Assembly (NCBI GenBank): GCA_000004695.1
Contig: CH709161.1
Location: forward strand, 1-8,929
Direction: 5' to 3'
Length of the DNA stretch: 8,929 bases
Origin: Dictyostelium discoideum
Taxonomy: Eukaryota
Shown here: piece after piece, positions 1 to 6,760 of the stretch
Layout: every line of letters begins with the position of its first letter
How positions within the stretch are numbered: the stretch's first letter is position 1
Made by a program: the position numbers and the translations under genes
Notes under the pieces: model-generated
The model's database searches: none
What the model was told of the DNA's origin: nothing
What the model saw: only the letters and a program-made list of their open reading frames with translations

Positions 1-60
1 TTTTTTCATTTTCGGGCAGACTGAAAAAGCGAAAATGATTTCAATACATATTTTTTTAAA

Positions 61-399
61 ATGAATTCATCTGCAAATTTTATAGAACCAAATGGTAATG
101 TACCTGATTTTGACCAATCACCAATCCAAAGAAGAACAAACAATAATATTTCTATCGGAGATGAATCATTTAATAATTTGTCAATAGGTAATGTATTAGG
201 AAATGCAAATGTTCCAAACCCAATGGAAAACCAGAGAATAATAATTAGAAGAGTTCCAAGGCCAACTGTTCCACCAATCCAAGAAACAGTGCAAATAGCC
301 ACAAACCCACGTGTAACATACATATTGGAATACGAAAGTCTTCAGAAAGTTTGTCAAAGTAAATACTATTCAGATGGCGATGTATGTTACCAGATTAAT

Positions 400-431
<32 letters not shown>

Positions 432-732
432 CTTACTTAATTTAAATAAATAGGTTTCAAATTTCTTTATTACTGGAATAATTAAACAAGCAGGTGGTAG
501 TAACGAAGATTGTACCAGTCAAAATATTTTTGCAAGGTTAAAGTTTGTTGACTCTTGTAAAACAGGTGAAGAGAAACACTGGTACCCAGATTCAGTTCCT
601 TTAATAAAGAGATTAATTTCAATATTAAATGATTTTAGTAGTAAATTTGACTCTAAGGCTAAAATGAGAAAAGATGCACAAGAAGCTTTTCAATTTCCTC
701 ATTCTGCACTTTACTTAAATTCTTCCCAATAA
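61..732 (+). CDS. Two-exon gene for a hypothetical 199-aa protein. Exon 1 is 61-381, the intron is 382-453 (GTATGT...poly(A)26...AAATAG) and exon 2 is 454-732, ending in a TAA stop.
   Basis: ATG at 61 sits in an aaaATG context. The frame stays open to 453 and ends on a TAG, which is a rare stop in Dictyostelium. Directly after that TAG the same frame stays open for 92 more codons (454-729) with no ATG, and then ends with TAA. The codon usage is coding-like (ggt, cca, caa, aat). An in-phase GTATGT at 382 and an AG at 452-453 define a 72-nt, >90% AT intron that contains the 26-nt A tract. An AATAAA motif overlaps the stop. Confidence 0.6.
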
Positions 733-983
733 AAGTTTTAAAATAATTTTTAAAATTTAAAAATAAATTTTATTATTAAAAAATAATATATCTGTGTATT
801 TTATTTTTCACATAAAATTTTATTTCATACTATAGTTTTAAAATAATTTTTAAATTTTTTTTATTTATTTTTGTAGCATTATTAATAAGGTGCTTTTAAA
901 TGTAAATATTAATAAACTTTAAAATTCAATTTTTAAGGAGCTTTAAAATGTAATTATTAATATAATTTTTAATCATATTTTTA

Positions 984-1175
984 AGTAATTTTAAAGAGCA
1001 TTATAAAGTTAATTTTAAAGGGCATTTTAAACTTAATTTTAAAGAGAATTATAAAGGTAATTTTAAAGGTCATTTTAAAGGTAATTTTCAAGGTCATTTT
1101 AAAGTTAATTTTAAAGGTGATTTTAAAGGTAATTTTAAAGGTGATTTTAAAGGTGATTTTAAAGGTGATTTAAAA
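984..1175. repeat. Phased 12-bp minisatellite with 16 core units of consensus g-g-t-[a/g/c]-a-t-t-t-t-a-a-a. Diverged flanking copies extend to roughly 889-1262.
   Basis: The units gtaattttaaa/gagcattataaa/gttaattttaaa/gggcattttaaa...ggtgattttaaa x3/ggtgatttaaaa can be read directly as a 12-nt register. Related gtgcttttaaa and gagctttaaaa motifs lie upstream and ttgcttttaaa and gttgctttaaa downstream. Confidence 0.9.
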
Positions 1176-1470
1176 AATTGCTTTTAAATTAATTTTTAAG
1201 TGACTTTTTTATAGGACTTTAAATCCACTTTTAATTTAATTTAAAGTTGCTTTAAAGGTGTAATTTTCATCGCTGTGATAATATAAAACCCAAGGCAACT
1301 GAAACACTTATTTATGATTAATTAATAAAAATAATAATAATAGAATTCAATTGCCACTGAAACAAATAAATAAAGAATTAAAATTAATTTGGTTATCTTT
1401 TTAGTTTTTTTTTTTTTAATTTTCATAATTTTTTTTTTTTTTAATTTTCATAAAATTAAAAAGCATCACT

Positions 1471-1519
1471 AAAGCCAATTTAAAGCAAATTTAAATTGAA
1501 TTTGCTTTAAATTGGCTTT
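1471..1519. repeat. Inverted repeat (hairpin) of 49 bp. The arms are perfect 21-bp sequences (aaagccaatttaaagcaaatt and aatttgctttaaattggcttt) separated by a 7-nt spacer (taaattg).
   Basis: The arms are exact reverse complements of each other. The hairpin lies 20 bp upstream of a short GC-rich island (1540-1615) inside otherwise ~90% AT DNA. Confidence 0.85.
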
Positions 1520-1779
1520 AAAAATGCATTTTTCTTCGCTTTGTAACGTAAAAATTAGCATTTTAATCGCTTTAAAAGCGAGGTCCGGATTTCGAAGCCG
1601 TTATTTAACGGATAAATATTTTAAATTTTTTTTTTGAATTTTTGTAAACTATATTAGGAATAAAAATGAAAATAAAAATAAAAAAAAAATATTCTAAAAG
1701 AATTACAAACCTTTTTAAATGGCAATGTTCTTTTTTTTTATTGGCAATGGTTTATATATATATATATATTTTTTTTTTT

Positions 1780-1805
1780 AGATTTTCTAGATTTTCTAGA
1801 TTTTA
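1780..1805. repeat. Tandem 9-bp repeat agattttct in about 2.9 copies. It contains repeated TTCTAGA motifs.
   Basis: The sequence reads agattttct agattttct agatttta. A (TA)8 microsatellite lies at 1754-1769. Confidence 0.7.
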
Positions 1806-2494
1806 CATATTATTCTTTATTGGACCTTTCTGTGAATAATTGAATTAATTCTGAACAAAAAAAGTTATTTTTAAAAAGATAGAGTTACCCCGATCAATCT
1901 TTTCGCGAATAATTTTTCATTTTTCATATTATTTTTTTTTTAAATTTTTTTCATTTATTCACAATTAAAATAAAAAATATAATAAATAAATAAATAAAAT
2001 AAATAGTATTGACAAAAAAATCAAAAATACCGGGACTCAAATAAAGGATTTATTTTTTATATGTAGTTTTTTTTTTTTTAAGTTCTTTTTTTTTTTTCAA
2101 GTTTATTTTATTTTTATATTTTCTTTATTTCTCTATAAATACAACCAAATTTAAATATACGATAGGTCTTAACAAATATTGTTTAATATTATTTAAAATT
2201 TTTGTTTTAAATAATGTGTTTTATTAAAAAAAAAAAAAAAAAAAACATATGAAAAGTGAAAAATTTTTCAAAAATAAAAAATTTTTTTTCGAAATAACTG
2301 GATTTATTCCGGGATAACTCGATCTTTTTCAAAATAACTTTATATAGAATTAATTCAATTATCCACTGATAGGTTCATTTTAATAATGAATTAATTCTAA
2401 TTTTTTTTTTTTTTTTTATAATTATTATTCGTATTTCTATAATTAAAAACATGAATTTTATTATTCTTATTATATAATTAATTTTTTAATGATT

Positions 2495-3106
2495 TCATAT
2501 TTTATTTTTGTTATTAATACTGTTTAATTTTATACGACTTGAATGAAAAGTGTTTTGTGAATTATAAATTTTTTTTTTTATTTTTCTTTTTTTTTCAATT
2601 ATTTTAATTTTTTTCAATTTTTTAAAATATATATTTTTTTTTTTTTGGCTAATAATTCCTTTCTTGAAAATTTTAACTTTTTTTGGTTTTTGAGGGGAGT
2701 CATGTTTTAGGGATCTTAGGATGATCTGTTTGTTATGTTGAATTTTGATTGGAGACAACATGGGTACAATGACATTATCTGGATGGTTTGAAAGTGTTTG
2801 AGTGACAATTGCTTGTGTATTTGATGGTGTCTGAGTGACAATTGCTGGTGGATTTGATGGTGCTTGAATAACAATGGTTGGTGTATATGATGGTGCTTGA
2901 GTAACAATGGTTGGTGGATTTGATGGTGCTATGGTAACAATGGTTGGTGGATTTGATGGTGTTTGAGAGACAATATCTGGTGGATTTAAAGTCTGAACAA
3001 AAGATGATGATGTGTTTGAAGTTGGTGGTTGTTGCAAAGCATTTGTCAAATGATGAATATTGGATATATGTTCAATAGATGACACAAGTTGACGAGCAAC
3101 ATTCAA
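2495..3106 (-). CDS. Open frame rich in Pro/Thr/Ser/Gln repeats (…QTPSNPPTIVTIAPSNPPTIVTQAPSYTPTIVIQAPSNPPAIVTQTPSN…). The coding-like part is about 2700-3106. The ~200-nt AT-rich K-rich tail down to 2495 is doubtful.
   Basis: The frame runs about 135 codons with Dictyostelium-like codons (cca, caa, att, gtt) across the 33-bp repeats. The first codon is TTG, not ATG. No in-frame ATG occurs before residue ~112. There is no AG acceptor between the upstream in-frame TAA (3131-3133) and the ORF. The minus strand here is T-poor, so all three frames are open and ORF length alone is weak evidence. Confidence 0.35.
   Translation of the reverse strand: MNVARQLVSSIEHISNIHHLTNALQQPPTSNTSSSFVQTLNPPDIVSQTPSNPPTIVTIAPSNPPTIVTQAPSYTPTIVIQAPSNPPAIVTQTPSNTQAIVTQTLSNHPDNVIVPMLSPIKIQHNKQIILRSLKHDSPQKPKKVKIFKKGIISQKKKNIYFKKLKKIKIIEKKRKIKKKIYNSQNTFHSSRIKLNSINNKNKI
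2800..2995 (-). repeat. A 33-bp tandem repeat in about 5.5 copies. On the minus strand the unit is caccatcaaatccaccaaccattgttac(t/c)ca(a/g)g(c/a), which encodes PSNPPTIVTQA-like units.
   Basis: The plus-strand units tgagtgacaattgc(t)tgtgtatttgatggtgtc, tgagtgacaattgctggtggatttgatggtgct, tgaataacaatggttggtgtatatgatggtgct, tgagtaacaatggttggtggatttgatggtgct and atggtaacaatggttggtggatttgatggtgtt are read directly in a 33-nt register. Confidence 0.85.
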
Positions 3107-3174
3107 AGAAGGATTACAGGTAACAGATTTTTAAATAACATATTGGGGTATAGTAAGTAAACCTAATTCTTTCC

Positions 3175-3384
3175 TTAATTAACTTTTAAAGGATCATCTG
3201 GAATTGCGATTGCATTAAAATTGTAATTAGTAAGATCATACCCAATTTTCTTTGTAAAAGATAATAATATCTCAACAACTTTTCTATGGTTTGATAGGTA
3301 CAAATTTGATGTAAAAGAAGTTAAATCGTTTGAATCATTTGAATCATTTGAATCATCTAAATCATTGTACTGTGGTAAAATCAT
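3175..3384 (-). CDS. Short ORF of 69 aa, MILPQYNDLDDSNDSNDSNDLTSF…HRKVVEILLSFTKKIGYDL… It is hypothetical and may be a continuation of the same decayed element.
   Basis: It has an ATG start and (DSN)3 low complexity. HRKVVEILLS…KK weakly resembles the start of a chromodomain (..R.VEKIL…KG…YLVKW), but the remaining positions do not fit. It lies on the same strand as 3470-3706, 85 nt downstream, in another frame. Confidence 0.25.
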   Translation of the reverse strand: MILPQYNDLDDSNDSNDSNDLTSFTSNLYLSNHRKVVEILLSFTKKIGYDLTNYNFNAIAIPDDPLKVN

Positions 3385-3469
3385 GGGTTCTTTCCTTTGC
3401 TTGATTATAATGAACTAATTTATTTGGTCCAAGACATATCGGTTTTTTGTTTGTTATTAATAACATCCT

Positions 3470-3706
3470 CTAGAAATTGTATCCTATAGGTTTTTTATTG
3501 TTTTGATCATCATTATGTATTTCAATAATCTTGTTCTTTACCAATGTTTTCTTTTTATTTAATGTTTCTAATAAAAACACTGTATCACCAATTTTAAATT
3601 GTTTTTTTGTTGATTTTGATGACCAATTGTTTTTATATTTTTCAATATTTTTAAGAATAATTTCTTGTCTTTGTTTATATGATATATCTGGTATACTAAC
3701 TAACAT
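3470..3706 (-). CDS. Short ORF of 78 aa, MLVSIPDISYKQRQEIILKNIEKYKNNWSSKSTKKQFKIGDTVFLL… It may be a degenerate fragment of the C-terminus of a retrotransposon integrase.
   Basis: It has an ATG in an aaaaATG context. The pattern Q.RQ…KY.N…K.F.IGD.V.LL resembles the conserved '…QKKYADRKRR.VEF.VGDKVLL' block that follows the catalytic core of Ty3/gypsy-type integrases. It ends with a TAG, which is rare in Dictyostelium. This is by-eye similarity only. Confidence 0.35.
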   Translation of the reverse strand: MLVSIPDISYKQRQEIILKNIEKYKNNWSSKSTKKQFKIGDTVFLLETLNKKKTLVKNKIIEIHNDDQNNKKPIGYNF

Positions 3707-4199
3707 TTTTCTTCTATATTTACATGAAATCCATTATCTAATGTAGCTGTTTGAAATAATAATAATAACTGCATTTGCATTATTTGACCCTTCAATTATT
3801 ATTGTTAAAATTTCGATTTTACAAAATTATAATTTAAATGTTAGAGTAAGTTTTTTTTTTAAAAAAAAAAAAAATAATAATAATTAATATAAATAACAAA
3901 AAAAAAAAAAAAAAAAAGAAATAATAAAAAGTTATCTAATTTTCATTTTTTATTTTTTTTTTATAATTTCAAAAAAAAAAAAAAAAGAGATGGGAAACAA
4001 TTTATAAAAAAAATTTTTCCGATTGCTTGACAAGGTGACATGTCGATATCTCTGTGTTTTCTATAATTATATACTTCCAAGGCTAATTCTAAATAAGAGC
4101 AAATTGTTTGAGTTTTACATATATTTTCACTGTCATTACATTAGGTAAATAAATGATAGTAATTTAAAAAATATAGGGTGTATATTAGAAGAGGGTACT

Positions 4200-6343
4200 T
4201 ACTCTTCCTTATGAAAAAGTAGTCCAATACCACGCCAAAAACCTAGCTGCTCAAAGGCTACAATCCGCCCAGCAAGTCAACCTCCATACCACCAAAAGAC
4301 TATTTGAAGATACTGACGATCTCACTCAATCCCTCAAGCAAACATTAACAAAGAAGCGTAAGGAGCTAGACCAAGCACTCAACCACACCCAAAAAGAACT
4401 ACAGGAGCTAAGAAAATCACATGATAGTACGCAGAAAATGGCACAAAAGATCACTTAGAGATGTACTCTTAATGAAGAACTCGCCAAAGAGCTCCTTAAC
4501 TAAACCAAGCACAATAAATATACCATCGAAAGGATTATACCCGCTAGGCTAGATGCGCCAGCAACGCCTCAAAGAGGTTACTCAACAAATAAAACACGCA
4601 CAAGCAAAACAGATCGAAGTAACAAAGGGAATTCAAGAATGATCCCAGCAAATAAAACAGCTTCAAGCCCAAATTGATGGAATAAACAAGCAATACCAGC
4701 CTGCTAGTCAAACTAGGCCGCTAGAAGAAGTGGAGCGTGAGCAGCAAGCACTTGAAGCGAAACTACAGCAACTCCTCAACGATTTTAGGACAAAAAAAAC
4801 ACAGCTTGAGCAAGCCCAGAACCTAGCTCAAAAGGCCCAAGCAGATTTAGGGCAAGAAATAGCGCAAGAAAAAGCCAAACAAGAGCAATTGGAGGCGATC
4901 GAGAAAGAGCTAAAGGAACGCATTGAAGAAGGTAAAGTACTCAATGAGCAGGAACAAGAAGCTTGATTGATCAACAGCGCACCCCCAGCTGTTCATAGAT
5001 CTCAAAGCGCCCGAAGTACCGCATTGACTGAAAAAAAGAAAAGCTCTCTTGCATCGAAGAAAAGACGATCCGAGGCAGCTAGCCCATATGCGGCAACAGC
5101 AGCACCTTAACCTCAAAGAGAGGATGATCGCGCTTCAAAATGCACAAACCATGCGTGAGCAAGCAGCTAGAAGAAAGGTAGAGTTTACTAACTCTAACGC
5201 TTCTTGCTGTAAAACAAGAAGTACACCAATCGCAGCAAACATGAGAGCAAGAAAACAAACGCATCATCGAAGAGAATATTCAGGGTATAGAAGCGCTCAC
5301 CAAAGAGCCCCACCAGGATAAAGAAAGGGAGAGCAGAAGAGACCAAGAAGATGTAAAAAATACAAAGAGAAAACAGGAGTGGGAAAACAGGGCATGGTAT
5401 GTAAATTATGGGATTGGGTCAAAGAAAATCCCATTACCGCAACTATTGTAGGGATTCTGGCTGTGGGTGCATTGGTGTGTCTGGTTTCTTATGTGGCCCT
5501 ACCATTATTAAAAAGCAGCATCGCGTCAACGGGAGCTGGTGGCTTTTTTTGGTGGTTGTTTTCAAACAAAACCCGGCTTATCTGTCTTTGGCTCATTTGC
5601 TGGTAGATGGTTAAACAATAATCTACAACGGATTAATAATTGGGGCAATGGAAAAGGCTGGAAAACAAATGATGAGCTAAAAGCACCTTCCAAGAAAGAA
5701 TTTTAGCATCTAAAAACCAACTTGGATAGGAACTCCAAGGGATACAACGTGATCTGCAAGAGGCGAAAAGAAAGTAAATAGAGGAACGTGAAAAGGAAGC
5801 AGAAAAACCCGAGCAAGAGCAGGAAGAAGTTTCAGGGTAATAGTTAAACATCCTCGCTCAGCAATTCAATGCTACTTCTATGCAGCATGAGCCAATGCAA
5901 AACGTGACTAATCTGACCAAGCAGGCACAGGAATTGCTAAAACAATGGGATACAAATACGATGACCCTTCTCTATTCATGCAAAGCAGTGTTTTGCTAGA
6001 TCAGATGGATCAGCAGATAGCGCAAGTGGAGGAAGCTAAAGAAGAGGTCTTTTCTGGTGAATTTAAAGGGAATTTACCAAATCAGAAAAGCGGCCCCGCA
6101 ATCTCAACTCGATACACTCATACAAGCCAAAGAGCAGCTATATCAAAGATCATTCGAGATACGCAACAAGAAGCCATGGTATTTGAGCAAGACTTTGAAA
6201 AAATAACAAAGAAGCTCCATGATTTCTTATCCAGTCATGAGTACGTCCAAGAAGAATTTAAACCAACTACAACTGAGCAGCATGAACCTATCCTCACTAG
6301 ACCTACCATCGACTTGACAAACTCCCTCTCCCTAAGGCTTTAG
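4200..6343 (+). pseudogene. Decayed coding sequence of 2.1 kb with coiled-coil character (rich in Q/E/K/A/L). It is a degenerate gene or a retroelement ORF1/gag-like remnant. It includes a hydrophobic segment at 5379-5606 that looks like a transmembrane region, and one uninterrupted 132-codon stretch at 5945-6343.
   Basis: GC content rises abruptly at about 4195. The plus strand is A/C-rich and T-poor, so chance stops should be rare, yet TAG, TAA and TGA interrupt every plus frame about every 20-40 codons between 4200 and 4730. Surviving segments read as heptad-like text, for example MEREQQALEAKLQQLLNDFRTKKTQLEQAQNLAQKAQADLGQEIAQEKAKQEQLEAIEKELKERIEEGK. Internal modules such as 'caagcact.a.c…aactacag.a.ct' are repeated. 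The codons differ from the neighbouring host gene (ctg, gcc, ggg). Confidence 0.5.
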
Positions 6344-6498
6344 AAGAAACAATTATGCTGCTTGCCGAAAAGATGAGCTATAATGGTTTAAAATTGGATT
6401 TTAAACAAGCCAAGCAATTTGAATTTCCCAAATATTTAAGATAATTTTTTAGAATGTTCTAGAACATGAGAAGAATAAAAAATTTTCGAAAGAAAAGT

Positions 6499-6601
6499 AA
6501 AAATTTCGAACCGGCACAATGACGCGATCATTGCGCAAGGTCGAAAAACTGAAAAATTCCGAACCGACACTATGCACAAAGTTGTGAAGGGTCGAAAACT
6601 C
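6499..6601. repeat. Tandem duplication of a ~50-bp block inside the ITR-like region. Copy 1 (6499-6551) is aaaaatttcgaaccggcacaatgacgcgatcattgcgcaaggtcgaaaaactg. Copy 2 (6552-6601) is aaaaattccgaaccgacactatgcacaaagttgtgaagggtcgaaaactc.
   Basis: The two copies are about 70% identical and directly adjacent. Each begins with aaaa(a)tt(t/c)cgaaccg and ends with ggtcgaaaa(a)ct. Copy 1 contains a small hairpin, cacaatga-cgcga-tcattgcg. Confidence 0.8.
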
Positions 6602-6699
6602 TTATTTTTTTGAGTTTTGCGAAATTTTTAAGAAAATAAAAACGTATAAATAGTGGCACTAAAAACTAAAAACAATTTGATTTATGGAATTCCGACTAA

Positions 6700-6715
6700 G
6701 GGCGGGTGGGATGGG
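6700..6715 (+). other. G-quadruplex motif GGGcGGGtGGGatGGG at the inner edge of the ITR-like region. It lies 5 bp from a (TA)9 tract (6721-6738) and 45 bp from the YR stop.
   Basis: Four G3 runs with 1-2-nt loops are read directly. The motif is conspicuous in DNA that is otherwise about 80% AT. Confidence 0.7.
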
Positions 6716-6760
6716 ACTAATATATATATATATATTTAATATAAAATATAATTTAATAAA

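Larger units (their letters stand above)
6390..6720. promoter_or_regulatory. ITR-like terminal region of the DIRS-like element, with promoter features. It carries a heat-shock element at 6451-6465 (aGAAtgTTCtaGAAc, three perfect alternating nGAAn units) and a TATAAATA box at 6645-6652. Transcription would run rightward, into the element and antisense to pol.
   Basis: The HSE and TATA box are read directly. The orientation, with the HSE upstream of the TATA on the plus strand, points into the minus-strand pol/YR. This is the direction expected if this is the right-hand copy of an inverted terminal repeat whose left-hand copy drives sense transcription. A heat-shock promoter within the ITR is described for Dictyostelium DIRS-1. 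Confidence 0.5.

Noticed and set aside
6-323. 105-aa minus-strand ORF antisense to gene 1
   Set aside because: It is the antisense of a convincing plus-strand coding region in AT-rich DNA. Its composition is hydrophobic and it has no independent support.
406-431. The 26-nt poly(A) run read in frame as a poly-lysine tail ending at TAG 451-453
   Set aside because: TAG is a rare stop in this lineage. The same frame continues open for 92 codons without an ATG right after it. An in-phase GTATGT…AG pair brackets the run. It is therefore an intron, not coding.
1560-1615. Possible tRNA gene suggested by ggcttcgaaatccgg (T-loop/B-box-like)
   Set aside because: The loop would be 8 nt rather than 7. 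No acceptor stem, D-arm or anticodon arm can be folded from the flanks on either strand. No A-box is present.
2716-2907. 63-aa minus-strand ORF (HHQIHQQLSL repeats)
   Set aside because: It is an alternative frame of the same 33-bp repeat array. The other frame has the more protein-like P/T/S text and the longer span.
3531-3746. 71-aa plus-strand ORF (F/L/I-rich)
   Set aside because: It is the antisense frame of ORF 3470-3706. Its T-rich codons give poly-Phe/Leu text typical of spurious AT-rich ORFs.
4200-5400. Reading the many in-frame TAA/TAG as glutamine under a ciliate-type genetic code
   Set aside because: The adjacent bona fide gene encodes all of its Gln as CAA or CAG and terminates with TAA. 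TGA codons also interrupt the block. The splice, Kozak and homopolymer features are dictyostelid-like.
4910-5851. Minus-strand ORFs 4910-5116, 5079-5267 and 5633-5851 (Cys/Ser/Leu-rich) and the plus-strand alternative frame 5408-5614
   Set aside because: They are antisense or alternative frames of the A/C-skewed decayed block. Their Cys/Ser/Phe-rich composition is what the G/T-rich complement yields. There are no motifs.
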